DNA of 64,000 nucleotides, taken from assembly GCA_032718475.1 (NCBI GenBank), contig JAUCBJ010004655.1, positions 5,988 through 69,987 of the forward strand. The letters run 5' to 3'. The notes beneath the pieces are model-generated. The model made no database searches. It worked only from the letters and a program-made list of their open reading frames with translations, and was not told where the DNA came from. Positions 12,481 through 22,734 of the stretch are shown here, piece after piece (within the stretch, counting starts at the first letter, position 1; every line of letters begins with the position of its first letter). Made by a program: the position numbers and the translations under genes. Source of the DNA: Nemertoderma westbladi. Lineage: Eukaryota > Animalia > Xenacoelomorpha.

Positions 12481-13606
12481 ATATAGTCGTAGTATAGTAG
12501 ATATAGTAGCTCACGGTAGTAGTATAGTAGATACAGTAGCTCACGGTAGTAGTATAGTAGATATAGTGGCTCTCGGTAGTAGTATAGTAGATATAGTAGC
12601 TCACGGTAGTAGTATAGTAGATATAGTAGCTCACGGTAGTAGTATAGTAGATATAGTGGCTCACGGTAGTAGTATAGTAGATATAGTATCTCACGGTAGT
12701 AGTATAGTAGATATAGTGGCTCACGGCAGTAGTATAGTAGATATAGTAGCTCACGGTAGTAGTATAGTAGATATAGTAGCTCACGGTAGTAGTATAGTAG
12801 ATTTAGTAGCTCACGGTAGTAGTATAGTACATATAGTAGCTCACGGTAGTAGTATAGTAGATATAGTGGCTCACGGTAGTAGTATAGTAGATATAGTGGC
12901 TCACGGTAGTAGTATAGTAGATATAGTAGCTCACGGTAGTAGTATAGTAGATATAGTGGCTCACGGTAGTAGTATAGTAGATATAGTAGCTCACGGTAGT
13001 AGTATAGTAGATATAGTGGCTCACGGTAGTAGTATAGTAGATATAGTGGCTCACGGTAGTAGTATAGTAGATATAGTGGCTCACGGTAGTAGTATAGTAG
13101 ATATAGTAGCTCACGGTAGTAGTATAGTAGATATAGTGGCTCACGGTAGTAGTATAGTAGATATAGTAGCTCACGGTAGTAGTATAGTAGATATAGTGGC
13201 TCACGGTAGTAGTATAGTAGATATAGTGGCTCACGGTAGTAGTATAGTAGATATAGTAGCTCACGGTAGTAGTATAGTAGATATAGTGGCTCACGGTAGT
13301 AGTATAGTAGATATAGTGGCTCACGGTAGTAGTATAGTAGATATAGTAGCTCACGGTAGTAGTATAGTAGATATAGTGGCTCACGGCAGTAGTATAGTAG
13401 ATATAGTAGCTCACGGTAGTAATATAGTAGATATAGTGGCTCACGGCAGTAGTATAGTAGATATAGTAGCTCACGGTAGTAGTATAGTAGATATAGTGGC
13501 TCACGGTAGTAGTATAGTAGATATAGTGGCGCACGGTAGTAGTATAGTAGATATAGTGGCTCACGGTAGTAGTATAGTAGATATAGTAGCTCACGGTAGT
13601 AATATA
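12481..13606. repeat. 30-bp tandem repeat, ~37 copies
   Basis: Unit ATATAGTRGCTCACGGTAGTAGTATAGTAG, highly homogeneous. Confidence 0.97.
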
Positions 13607-13850
13607 CTGTACGTAATTGATGTACATAATAATATATATGTACATACAATATACAGCACCGGTAATAAAGTTATACTGTATGAATTATCATTGATTAAAT
13701 GCTTATAAAGAGATACAATACTAATGTTTCAATAAATATTAGGAAACAATCCTTTATAACGGCTGAACTATTGTAATGGGTTACTTCTGAAATTAATGAT
13801 GACTTCTTTCTAATCTTTCTTGCTTCTAATAATATTTAAATATATTTCAG

Positions 13851-13909
13851 ACGGTTCCAACCAATGTATAAAAATTGTGACCGAAGAGGATTTGTGTAAC
13901 GAGCGCGAG
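13851..13909 (+). CDS. Exon 6: end of EGF-like module and linker
   Basis: tttcag|AC GGT ... GAG|gtaagt; DGSNQCIKIVTEEDLCNERE; phase 1-0. Confidence 0.82.
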
Positions 13910-13999
13910 GTAAGTATGTGCGACTTTACACAACGTACTGTAGCCTATGTACGATCTGTTATTGCATACACTACAGTACTATTTTATTATCCATTATAG

Positions 14000-14156
14000 G
14001 GTTATAGATACGAAGGTACTGACTGCAACCAAATCAACGAGTGTTTGGAAGGCATTGACGAATGTGACGCCGATGTTAGTGAGTGTGTTGATGAGGATCC
14101 GTTATACAGATGCGACTGTAAAGAAGGATTCACTGAAGTTGATGGTGTTTGTGTTG
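14000..14156 (+). CDS. Exon 7: cbEGF
   Basis: tatag|GGT ... GTT G|gtaagt; GYRYEGTDCNQINECLEGIDECDADVSECVDEDPLYRCDCKEGFTEVDGVCV; phase 0-1. Confidence 0.9.
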
Positions 14157-14203
14157 GTAAGTAAAGCTAATGAACTACTCAGATAACAACATTGAATATC
14201 ATT

Positions 14204-15228
14204 TGGTCCTTTCATAGATTGTAAATTTAGATGCGTATAAGATGTCGCTAAATTAAGATTCCTTTTATTCACATAAAACACTGTTGTACTGCTTTTACCA
14301 GAAGGCCTACCGGTATCAGGTTTCTGGGTGTATAGATAGCAGTATTTTGCGTGCCGGTAGTGTTCAATGTATCAATGACAGAAGGTACCAGCAGAGGCTT
14401 AGCGAGCCCTTCTAGCGCCCAGGAGAATGAAGCTGAGATAGCCCCCCTCCCCCCCTCCCCCTTCAATAATTTTAACTTTTCATTTATGGTGTTTTTTTTT
14501 AAATATTATATAACAGAATATAATATTTAAAAAAACATCTATAAAACAGTTTACTAAAAGTATATAACTATATCAAATCTACAATATTATACACAAGTTT
14601 GATATAGTGGAATTCTAATAATGTATATTGAATGGAGAGCGAAGCGAGCGGAGAAAATTTTTACATTTTTCGCTTATGACACATGTCCTGTATATACTGT
14701 ATCACAATCCCTGAATTTTCACTGATTTGTCTTATTTTTACAAGAATACCCTGACATTTGCCTGGCATTTCAGCGCCCCCGGGTGAGTGCGCACGGGGGA
14801 ACATTCCCCCCCCCCCCCCCCCCTCGCTACGCCTCTGGGTACCAGCTGACCGGAAGCCGGAGTAAAGTAGTATAGCAGCCTACTGTATGTAACAAATGCA
14901 GAAATGTAACTCAATAAAAAGATACCGGTACGGGGCTTAATAGTGCAATCATACCTAAGTAGGCATACCTTATAATAATGTTAACTTGTCTGTATGTTCT
15001 GACGCGTAGTCTACCAGTTCGGTACGTATATCAGTATATTGCAGTATTGTAGGTCTATCTGCCATTGAAAACAACCACTGAACTTGCGGTACACAAATAC
15101 TGCAATCTATACACATGCAGACTTGTGACCGGTACTGGTAAAAGCAGCGGAGCAGAGTGTTAGTCGAACGTGTTCTTAATTTGGCGATATTTTAAACGCA
15201 ACTTACTTTACAATGTATGAAATGACCA
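14204..15228. mobile_element. Old foldback/MITE with ~185-bp imperfect TIRs, hosting a nested hAT MITE
   Basis: 14204-14390 (TGGTCCTTTCATAGATTGTAAA...) is the imperfect reverse complement of ~15050-15228 (...TTTACAATGTATGAAATGACCA). Confidence 0.75.
14392..14837. mobile_element. hAT-like MITE
   Basis: TIR CAGAGGC(T/G)TAGCGAG at both ends; perfect 8-bp TSD GGTACCAG (14384-14391 and 14838-14845). Confidence 0.9.
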
Positions 15229-15550
15229 TATTAAGTGCAATATTAATTTTCACCTGTCTGCATGGATGGTTGTTTATAGATTATCTTTCATCTGGCGGTC
15301 CAGTTCGCCACACTTTCGATCAAGTTTTGTCTAGAATCGTGTAGTGTACTATCCTAATGCACGAAATCATATCAATGCCGTAATGTACGATTTATACAGG
15401 CAAGCGTGTTGGGCCGCATTTAATTATATCTCAAATTTATAAAATGTTAATTGTCAAGTGACGTCAACACTCAAAGTAAAGATTTTCTAAATTCCCTAAA
15501 ATACCAAGGTCCCGTCGTGAAACTCTGTTCTTATAAATTTTCCAATGTAG

Positions 15551-15775
15551 ACGTGGATGAATGCCAGTTGAACAGGGATGAGTGCGACCAATCAACTACC
15601 ACGTGCGTCAATGAGGATGGGGGATATACCTGCACGTGTAGAAATGGTTTCAGACCTTCCCAGAACAACCTGCAGTGCGTTAATATCAATGAATGCGAAG
15701 AGGGTGGTGATGACTGTGACGATAATGCTGAATGTATCGATAACTTTGGAGATTATTCATGTGAATGCGACAACG
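15551..15775 (+). CDS. Exon 8: cbEGF repeats
   Basis: tgtag|AC GTG GAT GAA TGC ... AAC G|gtaagt; DVDECQLNRDEC...NINECEEGGDDC; phase 1-1. Confidence 0.95.
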
Positions 15776-16269
15776 GTAAGTTCTGAAACCGTTTATGCAC
15801 CCGTTCATCAGTGATTATATATACATAATTATATATATATATATAGTGATAGATTACATGGTAGATTAGTGGTAACAACGTGTTGTTATATTGGACATTA
15901 CAACACTAGATGGCAAACATATCACGAATTACGGTACATCCATATATTCAATAGAGAAGTCATTTCGACTTTACAAAACTTGACTTTACTTAACTACTAA
16001 GCAGTACTTTACAGTTGACATTGAAAATAAATAAATATTGAAATATATATAGGGTATAAAGTTAATTTTCGCCACTGACAGGGATTGAACCCGCGCCAAA
16101 TACTATTAGGATACACTTTGAAAAAATATAACAAACCAATTGGTTACCTAAGTATTTAAACACTTTTTATAGTACGGTAATACAGGCGAGCACTCAGTTG
16201 AGTTTCTCAACTATAATATAATCTTATAAAAAAGTTGGTAAACGACAACCAATTTACCAGGGGCGGCCG

Positions 16270-16352
16270 TATTCTTAGTTCTCACTAGCCACAGGTAGTT
16301 AGAGATAGCAATCTAGTCTGACTACCTGTATGGCTAGTGATGACTAAGAATA
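16270..16352. repeat. Short imperfect palindrome / hairpin (MITE-like remnant)
   Basis: TATTCTTAGTTCTCACTAGCCACAGGTAGTTAGA pairs with TCTGACTACCTGTATGGCTAGTGATGACTAAGAATA. Confidence 0.75.
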
Positions 16353-16399
16353 AGGTCCCAGGTTATTCTGGTGATGTTACCAAGTTCCAATTGTTACAG

Positions 16400-16555
16400 G
16401 TTATTCCGGTAATGGTGTTAATTGCGCGGATGTAAACGAATGTGACATTGGTGATGATAATTGCCACGAAAACGCCAATTGTAATAACAACGACGGCGGG
16501 TTTGAGTGCGTTTGTAAAGAAAGTTTCCACGGCGACGGAGTTGCAATATGCGACA
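16400..16555 (+). CDS. Exon 9: cbEGF
   Basis: ttacag|GT TAT ... GAC A|gttagt; GYSGNGVNCADVNECDIGDDNCHENANCNNNDGGFECVCKESFHGDGVAICD; phase 1-1. Confidence 0.93.
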
Positions 16556-16630
16556 GTTAGTATAATAATTAATATTCCATATTAAGTAAAGTAAAGTAAA
16601 GAGGTTTAACAACCTTTCTGTTGGATTGGA

Positions 16631-18074
16631 GAGTTGCACAAGAAATGAAAACAAATAAGTTGGTGCCAGTTCCCAAGAAGGGCAACCTAACACTCTATGG
16701 TTCTTTTCGGTAAATCTCATTGATCTCGATTGCTGCAAAGCTATACAATAGGATTCTATTAAATCGCATCAGGGATCCCATTGAGAGACTGCTCCGTGGA
16801 AATCAGAATGGGTTCCGTAAAGGTCGTGGGACCATGGAGCCCATTTTGGCACTTAGAAGGATAATTGAAGAATTATCAAAAAAGAAAGACATGCATCTGG
16901 CTGTTATCTTTGTTGACTTCTTCAAGGCCTTTGATTCAGTCTCTCGCTCACGTATGTTCAGCATACTTTCATTATATGGGATTCCTGATGAAATTATTGC
17001 AGCAATCAGATCAGTATACGATGGTTCAACAACATTTGTGTCTACTGTTGACGGTGACACAGAACCATTTGAAGTGTTATGGGGCGTCCTCCAAGGAGAC
17101 ACACTTGCACCATTCTTGTTCATTATTGTGGTTGACTATGTTCTACGCATGTCCTTAGATCATCATAATGATGATGGGGTGATGATAACTCCACCTACTG
17201 GCTCCCGAAGTCGAGGAAATCCTGCCAAGTACCTAACTGATCTAGACTTTGCTGATGACTTAGGAGTACTCTCAGAATCATTAGAGGGAGCCCAACGGCT
17301 CCTCAGCTCATTAGAACATGCTGCTTCTAGTGTTGGTCTTTTTATTAACTCCAGAAGGACCAAAATTCTGACAGTTAACTTTGAAAGTCCTCAGCAAGTC
17401 TCTGATCGGATGAGCATAAGCTCAAAGGATGGTATGCTTGAGCATGTGGACGACTTCTGTTACCTGAGATCATGGATCCGGAAGTCAGGTGAGGACCTTC
17501 GAATACGTAAGGGAAAGGCATGGGCAGCCTTGAATAGGCTTTCCAGGATTTGGAAGTCACCGAGAATTAATCGGAAACTTAAGGTCCGATTATTTAGAGC
17601 AGCAGTAGTTCCAGTACTCCTCTACGGGAGTCCATGATGGGCTCTAACTGCTGAGGACACCAAATCTCTGGATCGCACATTCACAAGAATGCTACGCCGG
17701 GTTCATTGTGTCAAGTACAATGCACACATCTCCAACCAGACACTATATAACATTGGAGGTGTCTCATTGGTTCCCCCAAGCTTGACACTAGAACAAATTC
17801 GCCTCCGCTTTGCAGGGCATTGCTTTCGCCGTGAGGACCAGCCAGTGCATAATCTTGTACTTTGGCAGCCTCATGGAGTGAATAAGCATGGTGGACAGCC
17901 CATGACTTTCTTAAGACGCATCTTAAAGGACACTGGCCTTAAAGATGCGGATGATCTAGCAAATGTCATGGGTGATAGGGAGTTGTGGCGGTGCAATTTT
18001 GTTGACAAGCCGGCACAGCATTCTTAAAAATGCAGCTGCAATGCAGCATGCCGATCATAGTAGTAGTAGTAGTA
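16631..18074 (+). mobile_element. 5'-truncated RTE-like LINE (reverse transcriptase, pseudogenised) with TSD
   Basis: RT motifs VPVPKKG, QNGFRKGR, FVDFFKAFDSV, GVLQGDTLAPFLF, LDFADDL, plus C-terminal RLRFAGHC; in-frame stops; (TAG)n tail; GTTGGATTGGA duplicated at 16620-16630 and 18075-18085. Confidence 0.93.
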
Positions 18075-18225
18075 GTTGGATTGGAAGACCGGCACTTTAA
18101 CCGCCACCGCCACATTGACAATAGCATCATATCGATAGATAAGGATAATTTAGTTAAACTTGGCCCATCGCGATTTCTCCAAAAATATTAACATTTCATC
18201 TTCAAGGAAGCGTTTAAACCAAGCA

Positions 18226-18857
18226 TCCAGTGATGGCTTGCTTGAGTATGTGGATGACTACTGCTACTTGGGATCACAGATCCGGAAGTCATGTGAAGCT
18301 TAATGACTTTCGGATACTTAGGGAAAAGCATGGGCAGCCTCGACATTGGACAGATAGTCCAGGATTTGAAAGTCCCATAGAATAAAACGGAATTTCATGA
18401 TTCGATTATTTATGGCTGTAGTATAGTACCAGTACTCTTATATCGGAGTCCATGCTGGGCTCTAACTGCAGAGGATACTAAATCTCTGGATTGTGTACAA
18501 TGAACACATCTCTAATCAGACTCTATACAACATTGGAAGTGTTCCATTAATCTCCCCTAGCTTGATACTTGAACGGAGCCGCCTCCGCTTTGTAGGACAT
18601 TGCTTTCACCGTGAGGACCAGCCAGTGCATAATCTTAAGCTTTGGCGGCCTCATGGAGTGAATAAGCATGGTGGGCAGCCCATGACTTTCTTGAGACGCA
18701 TCTTAAAGGACACTGGCCTTTAAGATGCGGATGATCTAACAAATGTCATTGGTGATAGGGAGTTGTGGCGGTGTAATATTGTCGACAAGTCGGCACAGCA
18801 TTCTTAACATATTTGTAAGATATATAATGCAGCATGCCGATGGTGGTAGTAGTAGTA
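18226..18857 (+). mobile_element. Second, more diverged 3' fragment of the same RTE-like LINE family
   Basis: Aligns with ~17425-18075 (RLRFVGHCFHREDQPVHNL...FLRRILKDTGL); ends in (TAG)n. Confidence 0.9.
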
Positions 18858-19099
18858 TAATGAATTCGATATCAGTGCTCGACCGTGGTACTACAATCCG
18901 ATTGGTGGATTACAAAACTACCCACCTCCGAATGATCCCCAGATTAGTCATTACCTATACTGTTTGTGTGTGGTGTAGTTCTCGTTCGATACGCAAATGG
19001 TTCCGCTATTGACGTTTCACGTCCCCCACATTTGCGCTGTAGCCTACTGTTGTAATCTCTTCTCATTTACCAAAAGAACGCTTTGGTAAACATCAGATC

Positions 19100-19171
19100 T
19101 CCTCGATAGTATAGTGGTTAGTATCTGCGTCTGTCACATGCAAGACCCGGGTTCAATTCCCGGTCGGGGAG
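19100..19171 (+). tRNA. tRNA-Asp-GTC: tRNA-Asp (anticodon GTC), intronic
   Basis: 72-nt cloverleaf: acceptor TCCTCGA/TCGGGGA, anticodon stem TGCGT/ATGCA with loop CTGTCAC, T-arm CCGGG-TTCAATT-CCCGG; T5 Pol III terminator at ~19179-19183. Confidence 0.9.
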
Positions 19172-19325
19172 TTTCAACTTTTTGCTTAATTTATCCATCC
19201 CTAATTAATATCTTTAGTCCCCGACCAACAATGTCTTATATAAATAATAATTAGGCCTAATGTATAATGCTATTTATTTAATATTATTAAACTGTTTCCA
19301 GCGTATTAAGTTTATCCCCTTTCAG

Positions 19326-19511
19326 CTACCGATTGCGATCCTGGTTACGGTCCCGGGACCAACCCGGACGGATCCCACCGTTGCGACGACGTGGATGAAT
19401 GCGCCGCCAACGCGGACCAGTGCGACGCCAAAGCGGATTGCAGCAACAACGACGGCTCCTACGACTGTACATGTCGTTCCGGATACCAAGGCAACGGGAG
19501 GGATTGCGATG
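19326..19511 (+). CDS. Exon 10: half-EGF and cbEGF
   Basis: cctttcag|CT ... GAT G|gtaaga; TDCDPGYGPGTNPDGSHRCDDVDECAANADQC...GYQGNGRDCD; phase 1-1. Confidence 0.92.
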
Positions 19512-19634
19512 GTAAGATTAACGACCCAAATATTTTATGTAAAAAAAATATAAAGCTACTATATTGTTGTTTGAATATATTAATCTTCAATTTCCTCTTA
19601 TATTTATTATATCTAATTAATTAATCTTTATCAG

Positions 19635-19757
19635 ATGTGGATGAATGCACTCGAGGTTTAGACAATTGCCATGCTAAGGCAGATTGTATCAATAACAACG
19701 GGGGTTTCGATTGCGAGTGCAAATATGGTTACCAAGGTGACGGACAGAACTGCGAAA
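19635..19757 (+). CDS. Exon 11: cbEGF
   Basis: tttatcag|AT GTG GAT GAA TGC ... GAA A|gtaagt; DVDECTRGLDNCHAKADCINNNGGFDCECKYGYQGDGQNCE. Confidence 0.94.
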
Positions 19758-20437
19758 GTAAGTTATGTACTATAAACTGTTATTGGCTAACTACTGTATT
19801 TACTTGAAGACTTAGGCCTACTGTATAATCTATGTAGCACATAAGATTACAGTGCGAGGCGCGAGGCGCGTTGAAGTTTTAATAACGACGAGAACTGTAA
19901 CCCCGAAGTGGTATACCGACCTGGAGTCCTATCCAATTTTATTGGAAAATGTTAATATTTATTTATTTAAAATCTATTTCTTATAGCTAAAAGCAAAAGG
20001 ACATAAAAGGACATACAGTAATCTCCTTAGTAGGATTTGCCTCTCCTCGGGATAATTAGCCTTCCCATTTGCCATCGCATCACTATCGCGGTTTCAGGAT
20101 TTCTATCTACGAATTACCCCAAAAAACACAAAATTACCGAGAAATGTACAAAAAATATAAAAAACACAAAAAATTATCAAAAAAAAAACACAATATTACC
20201 AAAAAAATGTACCCAAAAACGGCAAAAATCATTTATATATTCCTTTGTATTTCGGTAGTGCTGCAGTGTGTCTTAGTATTTTGATTAGGTTTGAATGGGA
20301 CATAAATTCCTAGTATATTTTGAATATATATATACATATATATTTAGAATTCCTAATATATTTGACTGGGTTGGTAAGTTTTTATAAATTTTTATAAGTA
20401 TTTTTGAATAATGTTAATTTTCCGCGTTCCCTTCTAG

Positions 20438-20626
20438 ACATTAACGAGTGCGACGATGGTTTGGACGACTGTGACGAGAAGGCTGATTGTCTGGACACGG
20501 ATGGCGGGTTTGACTGCCGATGTAGAGTCGGGTATGTCGGCCATTGCGATTACTGCGCTGATATTGACGAGTGTGCCACCGGCGTCGCTAACTGCCATAA
20601 ACTCGCGCTGTGTTCAAATTCCGAAG
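20438..20626 (+). CDS. Exon 12: cbEGF repeats
   Basis: cttctag|AC ATT AAC GAG TGC ... GAA G|gttagc; INECDDGLDDC...DIDECATGVANCHKLALCSNSE. Confidence 0.93.
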
Positions 20627-21143
20627 GTTAGCAACCTTAAATACATTAATTCGTACAGATTCTGAATCCTTGCTGCAATCATCTACACCAATATCATCAA
20701 ACAAACTCCAGGCCCACCCATTCCCATGACACCAGGGAGATACAGTTTCACAAACAAACATACTGTACTTTAATCCACAGGTATACTTGTTGGGTCCACA
20801 CGTATCTTGGTAGCGTAGGTTATCTATAGACATACTATCTGGCAATTTGCTAATTATATTGTATTTTCAATTGTTACTGTTGTAACTAAAAAAAGATTCT
20901 GAATTCTAAAAATATTATTTGGGGGAAAAAAATTGATATGGAATAATATCATGATATTATTTTTTCCATTCATCTCAAATCATCTCGAGTTTGAATCTGA
21001 ACTCCCCGTTACGCATTGCCGGAGACCCGTCGACAACTTAACGCAATGCATTATAGGACCGTAACGCCCCCTACCGGCCCAGCTATACTGTAAGTTGCAT
21101 CACATAAAGTGCTACATTATTACACACCTTTCCTTTATTTCAG

Positions 21144-21354
21144 GTTCGTATGATTGTACTTGCCCCGAAGGCTACTATGGTTCTGGGCACCACTGCTGGG
21201 ACCTCAATGAATGCCTCAGTGTCGACTGTCAAGACAACAGCCGTTGTCTCAACGATATGCCCGGCTACCGTTGTGAGTGCTACCCTGGGTTCATAGACGT
21301 CGGCGGGCAATGTGATGACATCAACGAGTGTGAAGGTCACTCAGATGATTGCCA
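21144..21354 (+). CDS. Exon 13: cbEGF repeats
   Basis: tttcag|GT TCG ... TGC CA|gtgagt; GSYDCTCPEG...DLNECLSVDC...DINECEGHSDDC; phase 1-2. Confidence 0.93.
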
Positions 21355-21897
21355 GTGAGTGTAAATAAAAGCACGATTGAGCTTGTATAGAATCAATCAA
21401 TGTATGATTACTGTAGGCTTGTATAGAAATAGTAATAATTGCGAATTGTTGTAGCTCTTGTAGGACGTACTGTACAGTTTAGTACTGCAGTATATTTAGT
21501 GTAGTGGGAATACTCAATCTTTTTATATTAGTGTATACATAAACTACAGTACGTAAATAGCCGTAGGCCTATAGATACAGTCCGTATAATAGCCGTATAC
21601 AGTAGGACATACGGTAGGCCTACACAAATTCATGAGTGTCCATTCTCATTGTTACATACACTACATCCGCAGTTGTAGTGGTGGCGTTAGCTAAATAGTT
21701 TGTAATGTTGTTGGTTGGCGTCATAATACAGTACACCAAAATTAATAAGAATGCGTGTGTGTGGTGGTTAACAAGTTTACATTGTGGTTCGGTTCAGTGC
21801 AATTTATTTCATGTATTTATGGCCTACGCCTCTACGCAGACTACCTTGCTCATCCACCACACACTGAGTTTTTGGTACGGTATGTGCAATACACTCC

Positions 21898-22180
21898 ACC
21901 CACCTTGGTGTAGTGGTTGCATTGGATTCGCATCTCCTGCATGTCGTGGGTTCGATACTCACACGGGGCAGGGCAGTTTTCGTTTCGGCACGAATGCTTT
22001 AAAGGGACCAGCCAGGGCGGATCCTTTAGGCGGATCCTAAAGGGCCTTGCATCCTAAATGAGTACTGGAGTTTCCTCTGGGGAGTAAAGTTCTGGGCGAA
22101 CCGCACTGGAAATAGGTCGTCAGACTTCGTGCGTAATCCCTGGCCTAACGGCCGAAGAAAATTTACTTTACTTTACTTTT
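21898..22180 (+). mobile_element. tRNA-derived SINE
   Basis: Pol III A box TGGTGTAGTGG and B box GGTTCGATACT, a GC-rich body, and a (TTTAC)n 3' tail. Confidence 0.7.
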
Positions 22181-22243
22181 ATGTATGTAGTATAAATCTC
22201 ATTGTAAACTACCTGATTGGGATATTCTTATCCTTTCATGCAG

Positions 22244-22452
22244 CCCTGATGCGGAGTGCGCCAATGTAGATGGATCCTACTCTTGTACGTGCAACGAAGG
22301 TTACCGTGGAAACGGCCGACAGTGTGTGGACATTGACGAGTGTGTGGAGCGAATTCACGACTGCGATCCACATGCTGACTGTACCAACACCCCCGGCGAT
22401 CATTATTGTGAATGTCATGATGGTTACCAAGGCAATGGTGAAAATTGCATAT
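22244..22452 (+). CDS. Exon 14: cbEGF repeats
   Basis: tttcatgcag|C CCT GAT ... ATA T|gttagt; HPDAECANVDGSYSCTC...DIDECVERIHDC...GENCI; phase 2-1. Confidence 0.93.
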
Positions 22453-22617
22453 GTTAGTATTGGAGAAATAACACCATCACACACAGCGGGACGTCGTCGT
22501 AAAAATTTTGCGGCTTGAAATTTTTTTAACAACCAAACAGTTGCTGTGGCAAGCCAGGTGTTCAGCAGTTTTAATTAATTTATTGTAATTAACGTTTACA
22601 ATAATTTATGTTTGCAG

Positions 22618-22734
22618 TGGAGAGTACATGTAACCCTGGCGACTGCAACCAAGCTGCCCGATGTGATCTCGTAAACGACGAACCGCAATGTGTTTGTCTT
22701 CCCGGCTATACCGGAGATGGCAATGACTGTGATG
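22618..22734 (+). CDS. Exon 15: EGF
   Basis: tttgcag|TG GAG ... GAT G|gtaagt; LESTCNPGDCNQAARCDLVNDEPQCVCLPGYTGDGNDCD; phase 1-1. Confidence 0.92.

Noticed and set aside
12458-13708. 416-aa ORF (DIVAHGSSIV)n preceded by an acceptor-like ttttttcaatattcag
   Set aside because: The ORF stays open only because of the 30-bp unit. In the phase-1 frame required by exon 5 it stops after a few codons, and exon 5 joins exon 6 cleanly.
16355-16399. Acceptor-like duplicate CAG|GTTATTCTGGTGAT 38 nt upstream of exon 9
   Set aside because: It would shift the frame, the match is short, and the pyrimidine tract is weak.
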